NCBI GenBank assembly: GCA_046590925.1
Contig: JBKJTC010000315.1
Location: forward strand, 1-57,058
Direction of reading: 5' to 3'
Length of the DNA stretch: 57,058 bases
Source of the DNA: Lysobacteraceae bacterium
Lineage (GTDB): Bacteria > Pseudomonadota > Gammaproteobacteria > Xanthomonadales > Xanthomonadaceae
Position numbers and translations under genes: made by a program. The notes beneath the pieces are model-generated. The model was given only the letters and a program-made list of their open reading frames with translations, did no database searches and was not told the origin of the DNA. Below are positions 39,418 to 49,725 of this stretch, one piece after another; within the stretch, counting starts at the first letter, position 1, and every line of letters begins with the position of its first letter.

Positions 39418-39484
39418 ATGCCGAAAAAAGAGATTTGAACGTTTCGATCAATGCGCGAAAACCCGTTGCTATCCGCGCATTCGC

Positions 39485-39508
39485 CTGCATTTTCAGCTGG
39501 AAATGCAG
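39485..39508. promoter_or_regulatory. Palindrome, candidate upstream activator site
   Basis: CTGCATTTTCAGCTGGAAATGCAG (one mismatch), about 70-90 bp upstream of the -24 box. Confidence 0.4.
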
Positions 39509-39861
39509 ATGGATCGACGATGCCGCATGCGCTGGATGCGGAGCGGATACAGAGCCATGGAGACGGTGCAAACAGTGCAAGGCTGCAATTCGACCCTTGC
39601 AAAGCGCATGTTCTTCACCGCAGTCTTAATCTGCATCAAAACCGCCGCGACCATGTCTCCGGTACGCGCGAAGCATCGCGTGGAATTGGCATCCGGCATG
39701 CGCATTCATTCAAGATCGCAGCGACGATCCATCGGCTTCGGGATTGTTTCGATGCGGCGCAGCGTCCCGGGGTCACAACAACGATTCATGCCGGCGCCAG
39801 CTTGCCGCCAGCGCATCGATGCACCGGGAAAACATCCGCATATCGCGCCAGTGCCGCCCGA

Positions 39862-40416
39862 TCACCAGATCAGATCGTCGGGCACCTGGAACCGCGCGTA
39901 GTAGGCATCCTCTTCCGGGCTTGCGGCGGAAGGCCCGGCGCCGCCGTCCTGGCCATGATCCACCACGATCATGCCTGCATCGCGTTCCCGCACCTTGTCG
40001 GCGGCCGCTCGCGGCAACAGCTCGTAGCGGTCGTCCAGGCGGGCGATCACCAGCACGCCGGAAGCCAGCTTCCTGCGCAGGTCCGCATCGATCAACAGCG
40101 TGCGGATGGCGCCGTCGGCGGTGAAGCGGTATTCGCTCTCGCCCGTGCGCGGCACTTTCCTGTCCTGGATGATCTGTCGTGCCTGCGCGCGAAGTTCAGC
40201 CGCATGCGCCTGCGTTTTGCGCTCGGCGGCGAGGGCGCGATCCCGTTCGGTCTTTTCCGCCCGCGCCCGTTCCGCTTCCAACTGGATCTCGCTGGGTTGG
40301 GGCTGACCTTTGCCGTGCCGTGCCTTGTTCTGCTCGCGCGCCACCTCGGCCACCTTGGACTTCTTGACCAGGCCCGCCTTGAGCAGTTGTTCCTGAAGCG
40401 GATTCGCCTTCGCCAT
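39862..40416 (-). CDS. DUF2058 (YaiL-like) protein
   Basis: [35 protein letters not shown]. Confidence 0.88.
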   Translation of the reverse strand: MAKANPLQEQLLKAGLVKKSKVAEVAREQNKARHGKGQPQPSEIQLEAERARAEKTERDRALAAERKTQAHAAELRAQARQIIQDRKVPRTGESEYRFTADGAIRTLLIDADLRRKLASGVLVIARLDDRYELLPRAAADKVRERDAGMIVVDHGQDGGAGPSAASPEEDAYYARFQVPDDLIW

Positions 40417-40480
40417 GTCGCGGTGTCCTGCCGGGGAATTCCGGCCCATCATACCTGCCGTTGTGGAGAATCGAAGCCGC

Positions 40481-41250
40481 TCAGGATTTCAGTTTCCACC
40501 CGGTCCTGAAGATCCACCACACCGCCACCAGGCACAGCGCCAGGAAGCCGAGGATCGCGGCCAGGCTCACGCCGACGTTCACGTCCGACACACCGTAGAA
40601 ACTCCAGCGGAATCCGCTGATCAGATAGACCACAGGATTGAACAGCGCGATCTTCTGCCACACCGGCGGCAGCATGTTGATCGAATAGAACGCGCCGCCC
40701 AGGAAGGTCAGCGGCGTCACCACCATCAGCGGGATCACCTGCAGCTTCTGGAAATCGTCGGCCCACAGACCGATGATGAAACCGAACAGGCTGAAGGTCA
40801 CCGCAGTCAGCAGCAGGAAGCACAGCATCCAGAACGGATGGGCGATCTCGTAGGGCACGAAGATGCGCGCGGTGATCAGGATCAGCACGCCCAGGATCAG
40901 CGATTTGCTGGCCGCCGCGCCGACATAGCCCATCACCACTTCGACGTAGGACACCGGCGCCGACAGCAGTTCGTAGATGGTGCCCGCCCATTTCGGCATA
41001 TAGATGCCGAACGAGGCGTTGGAAATGCTCTCGTTCAACAGCGACAGCATGATCAGCCCGGGAATGATGAAGGCGCCGTAGCTGATGCCTTCGATGTCGC
41101 CCATGCGCGAACCGATGGCCGCGCCGAACACCACGAAATACAGCGAGGTGGACAGCACCGGCGACGCGATGGACTGGGTGATGGTGCGGAAGGTGCGCGC
41201 CATCTCGAAGCGGTAGATCGCGCGGACCGCGTGCCAGTTCAGGAGCGGAC

Positions 41251-41254
<4 letters not shown>
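40481..41254 (-). CDS. ABC-2 type permease (YadH-like)
   Basis: [44 protein letters not shown]. Confidence 0.9.
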
Positions 41255-42210
<956 letters not shown>

Positions 42211-42296
42211 GCGGCCAACGTCGGAGGAGTGCGAGACCGGATCGTACCGGAGTCGCGCCCGTTCCATTATCCCGTCTCAGGGAAATTCAATCCCTG

Positions 42297-42452
42297 AGAG
42301 CCTGTTCAAAATCTCTCGGTCAAACCTGTAGAGCGGCCTTCAGGCCGCTGGTTCGTTCCGGTAAGAGCAGCGGCCTGAAGACCGCTCTACGTGGAATGGC
42401 CTGTATTTCCATGGTTGCCATCGCGACAGCGGGGAGATTTCGAACAGGCTCT
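42297..42452. mobile_element. MITE-like element (IS5-family-like ends) with nested REP doublet (42328-42390)
   Basis: 19-bp terminal inverted repeats AGAGCCTGTTCAAAATCTC / GAGATTTCGAACAGGCTCT (one mismatch); no clean target duplication. Confidence 0.62.
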
Positions 42453-42478
42453 GCCGCATTCCGAAAGCTGCGCCGCGC

Positions 42479-45151
42479 TCAGCCCGCGAAGAACATCGAC
42501 ATGAAGCGCTGGGCGATCATCGGATCCAGATCGTAGCGTGCCGGGTCCACGGCCATGCGCTGCGCGATCTGTGCGACCTTGGCGAACTCGTCGGGATTCT
42601 GCGCGCAGTGCTGCAGCAGATTGCGCGTCTGCTGCTCAAGTTCCGCGCTGGCCGCGAGCCAGCGGGGATCGAAGCGCGGCATCCGCGAGAACGCATCCGC
42701 CGGCAGTCCGTCGGGCCGCCACTGCAGGCGCAGCCCGCTGCCGTTGTGATGCGCGACCAGCGGCAGCGTCTGGCCGGCGGCGACGCGCGCTTCCGGCAGG
42801 AACTGCAGCCCCTGTTTCCAGTGCAGCGCATCGTCGCCGCCGGGCGCGTTCGACAGCACGGTGTCGGCATCCAGGCGCAGGTCGAACCAGAACAGGATCG
42901 CGCCGACGCTGCCGTCGGCGAGCGCGGACACATCGATCGCGAGCTCCTGCGGATCGGGGCCGGCGGTGGCGAAATCGAAGTCGAACAGATCGAACGGCTC
43001 GCTCAGCGCGCGATAGTCGAGCGTGCGCGCATCGACGCTGATGAAGTCGGGCGATGCGCGATACGGATTGAGCAGCGTGGCGTCGACGTCGAGGATGCGA
43101 TCGATCCGGTACTCCACCGCCATCGCCCGCAATCGCGCGCCGGCCGGCAGATAGCGCGCATCGGCGCCGAGCAGATGCTCGCGCGCATGCGCGAGAAAAT
43201 GCAGCACGCCTTCGCCGATCAGGCTGCAATCGAACAGCTGGAAGATGGCGAGATCGGCGCGTTCGGGCAGATCGTCGGGCACAGTGAGCGCGCGGCATTC
43301 CTTGGCGATCAGTGAAATGCTGTCGGCAAAGCCATTGGCGGCGATGACTTCGCGACCGATCCCGGCGATGACAGGATGCTGTTCGCAACCGATCACGCGT
43401 GCGGCGCCGGCCTGCGCAGCGAACATCGACAGCAGGCCGCAGCCGGCGCCGATATCCAGCGCCAGTTGCGAGGGGGCAGCCGCGAGCGCGGTGTGAAGCG
43501 CTTTGCGATATCCGGCGTTGCGTCGGGTATCGCCGAGCATCGGTACGTACCACGCCGGCAGGCCATGCGCGCGCGGCTGCACCGGCGCCGGCGAGGGGCG
43601 CACATGCAGCCGGGTTTCCTGCGCTTCGATGCGCAGCGTCAGCGATTCGCCACGACGCAACGGCGTGGGATCGGTGTAGTACACCGCAGGGCGGATGCAG
43701 CGCAGATCGCTGTCGGGCGCGCTGCGGATGCTTGCGTCGCCCAGTTCCAATTCGAACCAGACCAGGATCGCATCGGCGCTGCCGTCGGCAATGACAGGCA
43801 GGGAAAGATCCCACGCGACTTCGGCGAAATCCGCGAAATCCAGCGTGCCGATTTCCGTCGGTGCGGTCAGTGCGGTCCAGAATTCGGCTGCCAATTCCAG
43901 AGGCTGCGGATACGCGCTCCAGCGCAGACGGCTGATGGCGTCCAGCGCGAGTGCGGCGCCTTCCGCCGCATCGGCCGATCCGGCCGCGTCGGGATAGTCC
44001 CACCGCACCGCCATCGCATACAGCGTGGCCCGTGCTGGCAGCACCCGTGGTGCAGCGCGCCCATCGCCGCGATAGGCGCGTACCGCTGGCACGATGCCGG
44101 TGCCCAGCAAGGTGTGATCGATCAGTGGAAAGACCAGCACGTCGCAATCCGGAATCGTCGCATCTTCGCCGCTGCCGCTGATGTCGATCGCAGCAGCGAA
44201 GGTGTCGAACGATGTGCGACGCTCCTCTTCGCTCCAGTGCTGGATCGCTTGGCCGTGCAATGCGTGCCAGGGCGCCAGGAAATGTTTCTGGACCATGCCG
44301 GTGGCGATGCGCGCATCCTGCGGATAGCGCTCGGCGCACAGCGCATGCGCCGCGCCGTGATGCAGGGCGCGCAGCGCGAATACGCCCAGTTCGCTGCCGA
44401 CGAAGCGCAAGCGCGCGCCGGCGGTTCCGGCCAGCGCGGTATCCCAGGCGGCGCACCAGACCGGATCGGTCAGGCGTTGTATCGCGTTGCGCGCCGACGA
44501 CTGCCCGCTGTAGCGCCACAGATGGCGGGCAATGCCTTCGATGCGGAATGCATCGCTGTCGGCCGGCATCGACGGATCATCGAACAGCGCGGGGTCGAAA
44601 AGCACTTCGGGCGGCGGCGGCAATTCGATCCGCAGTGGCTCCTGCGCAGCCTCCGGGTCCAGCGCCTGACGCAGCAAAGCAGCTTTGCGCATCTCATCGT
44701 CCAGCGTGCGTACGCGCGCGGCCAGAGCGTCGTCGGGCGCGCAGCGCAGAGCGCGTCGATACGCAATCAACGCCTGTGCGACATCGTCCAGACCTTCATG
44801 CGCCTCGCCGGCCAGCCGATGGCCAAGCGCGTCTTCCGGCAATGCCGTCGTCAATCGTTGCGCATCGTCGAGCGCATCCGCGTAGCGCTGCAGGCGCAAG
44901 CGCAACTGCGCGCGCGCTGCGCGCTGGGCGTTGCCGTGAGCGCTCTCGGCGGGCAAGACATCGACCAGTCGATCGCGATAGAAAAGCGCTTCCTCCATGC
45001 GGCCTTCGTGCTCGCTGGTCTGCGCCATGCGTTCCAGCGCCGGTACGATCTGTCGCATCGCTTCGCGCGGTACCCGCGACAGCATCGCGCGCATGTGATC
45101 GGCATCGCCGGAATCCAGCGCCGCGCCCAAATCCTTGCTCCAATCCGTCAT
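42479..45151 (-). CDS. TPR + tandem PRMT-like SAM-dependent methyltransferase (first module degenerate)
   Basis: Module 2: PMLGDTRRNAGY, LDIGAGCGLLSMFAAQAGA..VIGCE, DLPERADLAIFQLFDCSLIGEG, WFDL, LHWKQ; module 1 repeats the layout with eroded motifs. Confidence 0.82.
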   Translation of the reverse strand: MTDWSKDLGAALDSGDADHMRAMLSRVPREAMRQIVPALERMAQTSEHEGRMEEALFYRDRLVDVLPAESAHGNAQRAARAQLRLRLQRYADALDDAQRLTTALPEDALGHRLAGEAHEGLDDVAQALIAYRRALRCAPDDALAARVRTLDDEMRKAALLRQALDPEAAQEPLRIELPPPPEVLFDPALFDDPSMPADSDAFRIEGIARHLWRYSGQSSARNAIQRLTDPVWCAAWDTALAGTAGARLRFVGSELGVFALRALHHGAAHALCAERYPQDARIATGMVQKHFLAPWHALHGQAIQHWSEEERRTSFDTFAAAIDISGSGEDATIPDCDVLVFPLIDHTLLGTGIVPAVRAYRGDGRAAPRVLPARATLYAMAVRWDYPDAAGSADAAEGAALALDAISRLRWSAYPQPLELAAEFWTALTAPTEIGTLDFADFAEVAWDLSLPVIADGSADAILVWFELELGDASIRSAPDSDLRCIRPAVYYTDPTPLRRGESLTLRIEAQETRLHVRPSPAPVQPRAHGLPAWYVPMLGDTRRNAGYRKALHTALAAAPSQLALDIGAGCGLLSMFAAQAGAARVIGCEQHPVIAGIGREVIAANGFADSISLIAKECRALTVPDDLPERADLAIFQLFDCSLIGEGVLHFLAHAREHLLGADARYLPAGARLRAMAVEYRIDRILDVDATLLNPYRASPDFISVDARTLDYRALSEPFDLFDFDFATAGPDPQELAIDVSALADGSVGAILFWFDLRLDADTVLSNAPGGDDALHWKQGLQFLPEARVAAGQTLPLVAHHNGSGLRLQWRPDGLPADAFSRMPRFDPRWLAASAELEQQTRNLLQHCAQNPDEFAKVAQIAQRMAVDPARYDLDPMIAQRFMSMFFAG

Positions 45152-45178
45152 GGTCGTTCCGTCGTAACGCTTCGTTGT

Positions 45179-46129
45179 TCAGGTCGTGGCCAACAGGGCA
45201 TCGAGATTGCGCCGATCCTGGCCGTAGGGCGTCATCACCGCGTGCGCGGTGGAGGCGGAGCTTTCCGGCAGCGCGTATTTCACGAACGTCGCCATCGTGC
45301 CGGAGGGGCCGACATCGATGTAACGATAAGTGCCCTGGCCTTCGAGCTGGGCGATCGTGTCGCGAAAGCGGATCGGTCGCCGCACGACGCTCCAGAAGAA
45401 GTCGTCGGGCAGCGTCGGTTCCAGCGTCGCCGCGCGGTCGCAACACACCACCGGACGCGTCGCCGGCTTCAGCGGCACGCTGCGCATGAAGGCGCAGAAC
45501 GGCGCCTGCGCATTGTCGATCCATCGCGAATGGAACGCGAACGACACCGCAAGCCGCTGATGGGCGATGCCGCGGCGCTTCAGTTCGGCTTCGATCATGT
45601 CCAGATCCGATTGGCCCGCGGCCACCGCGAAATGCTTGTCGAAATTGATCCCGGCCATTTCGCTGTGCGCATGCAGGAACGGTTCGTTCCCGTACAACGC
45701 CGGTTCCGCGAGGATCGCGATGATGCCGCCGCGTTCGCAGGCATCCTCGAAGGATTTCGCCTGTTCGATCACCGCCGCCATCGCGTCCTGTTCGCTCATG
45801 CAGCCGGCGACGGTGGCGGCTGCGAACGAGCCGAGGCTGGCGCCGAGCGTTGCGTCGGGTTCGATCCCGGCGCCGATGAGGCGCAGCGCCAATGCATATT
45901 CGGTCATGAAGATCGCCGGATGCGTCAGCAGGGTCCGATCGAACGCGTCGGCCTTGTTGCCGGCGTGGATCGCCTCCAGCACCCGTTTTCCGCTCAGCTT
46001 TTGCGCCAGAGCGTCCAGACGCAGCATGTGTCCGCGGAAAATATCGTCGCCATCGAACAGCGGTTTCCCCATCTGGTAATACTGCGATCCTTGTCCGGAA
46101 AACATGAAAACGGTTTTTGCTGCCGACAT
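45179..46129 (-). CDS. Stand-alone PKS-type acyltransferase/acyl hydrolase
   Basis: VFMFSGQGSQYYQMG, THPAIF, GASLG, VSFAFHS, RRPIRF, IDVGPSGT; GGGAG RBS. Confidence 0.88.
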   Translation of the reverse strand: MSAAKTVFMFSGQGSQYYQMGKPLFDGDDIFRGHMLRLDALAQKLSGKRVLEAIHAGNKADAFDRTLLTHPAIFMTEYALALRLIGAGIEPDATLGASLGSFAAATVAGCMSEQDAMAAVIEQAKSFEDACERGGIIAILAEPALYGNEPFLHAHSEMAGINFDKHFAVAAGQSDLDMIEAELKRRGIAHQRLAVSFAFHSRWIDNAQAPFCAFMRSVPLKPATRPVVCCDRAATLEPTLPDDFFWSVVRRPIRFRDTIAQLEGQGTYRYIDVGPSGTMATFVKYALPESSASTAHAVMTPYGQDRRNLDALLATT

Positions 46130-46320
46130 CGACCACTCCCTATCAATGCGAAGAACGCGAATGTTAACACTCGACCAATCCTGATCGGCCTGGTGATGCT
46201 GCCAGTGGGCTCGGTGCTGTTCGTCGGCACGGCCATCCGCCGGAGAGGATCTGGCGCTGTCCATCGTGTCTCTCTCTGCAAGCCGATCTTCAGGCGGCTA
46301 CTTTATTCGCGATGGCATCC

Positions 46321-46342
46321 AGCGGCCACAAGGCCGCTCTAC
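46321..46342. repeat. Single REP (GTAGAGCGGCC family)
   Basis: Minus strand GTAGAGCGGCCTTGTGGCCGCT. Confidence 0.7.
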
Positions 46343-46366
46343 GAACGTAAAAGCCGTGCGCGTGGA

Positions 46367-47611
46367 TCAAGCACCGCGACGCCCACGCGTGCGCCGCCGA
46401 TCCAGCCATTCCATCACCTGCCGCGCGCTGATGCCGTGCAGCAGGATCGACAGCAGCACCACCAGACACACCATCGACCACAGCGCCCGCGTGCCCGGAA
46501 AATCCGCCTGATTGAGCGCGAACGCCAGGTAATACAGCGAACCGATGCCGCGCACGCCGAACACCGCGATGGTCCATCGCTCGCGCTGCTGCAGTCCGCT
46601 GCCGATGGTACCGATCCATCCGGCCAACGGCCTCACCAGCAGCACGAAGATCAGCGCGAAGAAAATTTCCTGCTGCGACAGCGCGCCGAGGATGCCGCTG
46701 GCCACCGCGCCGCCCAGCAATATCAGCAGCAGCGCCATCAGCAGCTTTTCGCACTGTTCGGCGAACAGCGACAGCGTGGTGTGGTATTCGTGGTCGCGCT
46801 CGTGCTGGCGCACCACCACCGCGGCCACGAACACCGCCAGGAATCCATAGCCGTGGCACAGCTCGGCCACGCCATAGACGAACAGGGTGATGGCGAGCGC
46901 GATCATGCCGTCGCTGGTGGTCGCCAGCGAGGTCTCGCGTTCCACCCGGAAAATCAGGTGCATCAGCCCATAGCCGACGCCCCAGCCGATCAGCACGCCT
47001 GCGCCGACGCGCCACGCCACGTCCAGCGCCAGCCAGCGGCCCCAATCCATCGGCTCGCCGGCGCCCGCCAGCGCCAGCGCCACCGCCAGCCAGACGAACG
47101 GGAACGCCAAGCCGTCGTTCAGCCCGGCCTCGGACGTCAGCCCGAAACGCACCGCGTCCTCGCCGCCTTCGCCCGGCCCGTGCACCTGCACGTCGGAGGC
47201 CAGCACCGGGTCGGTCGGCGCCAGCACCGCGCCCAGCAGCATCGCCGTGGCCAGGCCGTAGCCCAACAGATGCTGGCCCAGCAGCACGCCGCCCAGGATG
47301 GTCAGCGGCATGGTGATGCCGAGCAGCCGCCAAGTCAGGCGCCAGCGACGCCAGCTGAAGCGCGTATCGATCCGCAGCCCCGCGCCCACCAGCGCCACCA
47401 GCACCGCCAGTTCTGTCAGGTGCTCGGCCACCAACGGAAACCGCAGCGGATCGGCCGGCGGCAGGTCGATGGGCAGCCAATACACCAGGAACCCGATCGC
47501 CACGTAGAACATCGGCAGGGTCAGCGGATAGCGCTTGAGCAGTTGCGGCATCCACGCCGCGCTCAGCAGCGCCAGCCCGACCAGGGTCACGGCAACCTTG
47601 TACGGATCCAT
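46367..47611 (-). CDS. CPA1/NhaP-type cation:proton antiporter
   Basis: Multiple TMs, LAPTDPVLASDVQV, LTSEAGLNDGLAFPF, FGVRGIGSLYY. Confidence 0.9.
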   Translation of the reverse strand: MDPYKVAVTLVGLALLSAAWMPQLLKRYPLTLPMFYVAIGFLVYWLPIDLPPADPLRFPLVAEHLTELAVLVALVGAGLRIDTRFSWRRWRLTWRLLGITMPLTILGGVLLGQHLLGYGLATAMLLGAVLAPTDPVLASDVQVHGPGEGGEDAVRFGLTSEAGLNDGLAFPFVWLAVALALAGAGEPMDWGRWLALDVAWRVGAGVLIGWGVGYGLMHLIFRVERETSLATTSDGMIALAITLFVYGVAELCHGYGFLAVFVAAVVVRQHERDHEYHTTLSLFAEQCEKLLMALLLILLGGAVASGILGALSQQEIFFALIFVLLVRPLAGWIGTIGSGLQQRERWTIAVFGVRGIGSLYYLAFALNQADFPGTRALWSMVCLVVLLSILLHGISARQVMEWLDRRRTRGRRGA

Positions 47612-47761
47612 AGGCGAAGCCGGCCGAATGAAGGGCCGGCGAGTATGCACAGGCGGCCGCCAATGCCGCGTGAGCGCTGGCCGCGGGCGCCAGCCCTTGC
47701 GGAGCATCAGGACCAAGGTCGGATGGACCTTAACGTTCCAGTCCTCTATCCACCATCCTCT

Positions 47762-47781
47762 CACCATCCATATGGATGGTG
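47762..47781. promoter_or_regulatory. Perfect 20-bp palindrome, probable CopG operator
   Basis: CACCATCCATATGGATGGTG, 15 bp upstream of the CopG start; extra CACCATCC half-site just upstream. Confidence 0.7.
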
Positions 47782-47796
47782 GTGTAAGGTGCATCC

Positions 47797-48216
47797 ATGA
47801 CCAGACGCGCCCAGACCCTGCCCAGCCGCGGCAACGACAGCGAGAAAATCACCATCAACCTGGGCCATATGGACCTGGGCCGGGTGGACCTGCTGGTGCA
47901 GGAAGGCTTCTACGCCAACCGCACCGACTTCATCCGCACCGCCATCCGCAATCAGTTGGATCGCCATGAGGACGCCGTCAGCCAGTCCGTCGCCCGGCGC
48001 CGGCTTGAGCTGGGGCTGCGCCAGTTCACCCGGGCGGACCTCGAAGCCGTGCGCGCGGCCGGCGAAACCCTGGACATCCAGGTGCTGGGGCTTGCGGTCA
48101 TCGCGGCCGACGTCAGCGCGCAGCTTGCGCGCGAAACCATCGGCCGGCTGCAGGTGCTGGGGGCGCTGCAGGCCAGCGCCGAGGTCAAGGCCGCCCTGCG
48201 CGACCGCATCGTCTGA
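47797..48216 (+). CDS. CopG/ribbon-helix-helix transcriptional regulator
   Basis: SEKITINLG..DLGRVDLLVQEGFYANRTDFIRTAIRNQL. Confidence 0.88.
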   Translation: MTRRAQTLPSRGNDSEKITINLGHMDLGRVDLLVQEGFYANRTDFIRTAIRNQLDRHEDAVSQSVARRRLELGLRQFTRADLEAVRAAGETLDIQVLGLAVIAADVSAQLARETIGRLQVLGALQASAEVKAALRDRIV

Positions 48217-48292
48217 GATTCCCCGCCGGCCCCGCCGCCGGCGTCATTCCTTATCGCGTCACCACCGCGCTACCGCGCAGGACATCATTCCC

Positions 48293-49525
48293 ATGCTGCA
48301 CAAGACCATCGACATGGCCCACGCCACCCGACTCACCCGCCAGGGCCGCCTGCGCGAGGCGATGGCGGTGTTGCAAGGCGCCATCGCCTCGCCGGACACG
48401 ACATCGTCAAGCACGACCTCATCTTCATCCTCATCTTCATCGGACACGACCGCATCGAACACCCCGCACGGTCGCGCAACCATCGACATGCTGCCGCCGT
48501 CTCCCGGCAGCGGAGGCGCGTGGACGTCGGTCTCCGACGCCGGGCCTGCGGACACCACTGCCGCCCCACGCAGCGGTGCGAACCCGCTGCCCCGCAGCCT
48601 GATGGCCAAGCTGCGCAGCATGCCGCTGAAAGGCCAGCGTCGCGGCCCTGCCCAAACGCCGGCCTGCGCCCCGGGCGCGCGCTTCGACGCCCATGCCCAT
48701 GCCGGCCCCGCAGGCCAGCGCGACTACCGTCTGTACGTGCCCGGCCGCGCGCTCACCCGGCCGCCGGCCCTGTTGGTGATGCTGCACGGCTGCACCCAGT
48801 CGCCGGAGGATTTCGCCGCCGGCACCGGCATGAACGCGCTGGCCGAAGCCGAGGGCTGGCTGGTCGTCTATCCCGCACAGCCGCAATCGGCCAACAGCGC
48901 GCGCTGCTGGAACTGGTTCAACGCCGCGGACCAGACCCGCGACGGCGGCGAGCCCGCCATCATCGCCGGCATCACCCGCGCGGTGATGGCGGCGCACGAT
49001 GTCGACCCCGCGCGCGTCTACGTGGCCGGGCTGTCGGCCGGCGGCGCGGCGGCGGCGATCATGGGCGCCGCGTATCCCGACCTGTTCGCCGCGGTCGGCG
49101 TGCATTCCGGCCTGGCGCCGGGCGCGGCCACCGACGTCGGCACCGCGTTCGCGGCGATGCGCCAGGGCAGCGGGGGCCATCCCATCCGCCGTGACCGGAT
49201 CATGCCCACCATCGTCTTCCACGGCGACCGCGACCGCACCGTGCACCCGGTCAACGGCGAACACGTGCTGGCGCAGGCCGGCGCAGGCGCAGCGCTGGCG
49301 ACGCACGTCACTCGCGAATCCCCGCGCGGCCTGCACGCCTACACCCGCACCGTACACACCGACGCACAACGTCGCCCGGTGCTGGAACACTGGCTGCTGC
49401 ACGGCGCCGGACACGCCTGGTCGGGCGGCAGCGCGGCCGGATCCTACACCGACCCGCAAGGCCCCGACGCCAGCCGCGAAATGATGCGTTTCTTCGCGCA
49501 ACAACCGGGGCCTGCGTCGCGGTAG
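48293..49525 (+). CDS. PHB depolymerase-family esterase (LpqC-like)
   Basis: LVMLHGCTQ, CWNWF, VYVAGLSAGG, FHGDRD, GHAWSGG; no signal peptide. Confidence 0.9.
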   Translation: MLHKTIDMAHATRLTRQGRLREAMAVLQGAIASPDTTSSSTTSSSSSSSSDTTASNTPHGRATIDMLPPSPGSGGAWTSVSDAGPADTTAAPRSGANPLPRSLMAKLRSMPLKGQRRGPAQTPACAPGARFDAHAHAGPAGQRDYRLYVPGRALTRPPALLVMLHGCTQSPEDFAAGTGMNALAEAEGWLVVYPAQPQSANSARCWNWFNAADQTRDGGEPAIIAGITRAVMAAHDVDPARVYVAGLSAGGAAAAIMGAAYPDLFAAVGVHSGLAPGAATDVGTAFAAMRQGSGGHPIRRDRIMPTIVFHGDRDRTVHPVNGEHVLAQAGAGAALATHVTRESPRGLHAYTRTVHTDAQRRPVLEHWLLHGAGHAWSGGSAAGSYTDPQGPDASREMMRFFAQQPGPASR

Positions 49526-49549
49526 TGCGACGAAGGCACGTGCGATGAT

Positions 49550-49645
49550 GCACGGGCGATAGCCGATGCCGCATGCGCCATGGAGGCATCGCAATCGCCG
49601 AACGCTCGAAGCCGATGCATGACGCCTTCGGCTTATCCGCCCTAC
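49550..49645. repeat. REPIN-like element (left arm decayed), homologous to 53307-53404
   Basis: Shares ATGCGCCATGGAGGCAT.GCAATCGCCGA...TCGAAG...TGCATGACGCCTTCGGCTTAT.CGCC.TAC. Confidence 0.75.
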
Positions 49646-49725
49646 GAACGACCCGTAGTCCCGACATCCTATTGACACACCATGCCGGGACACTCTGCAC
49701 GATACATCAATGCCATGGAGGCATC

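Noticed and set aside
39350-39901. Several overlapping ORFs upstream of the Q/N-rich gene
   Set aside because: No motifs or RBS and atypical composition; region better explained as regulatory
48400-48445. TCATCT/TCATCC repeats as a phase-variation tract
   Set aside because: Imperfect in-frame codon repeats encoding a Ser linker
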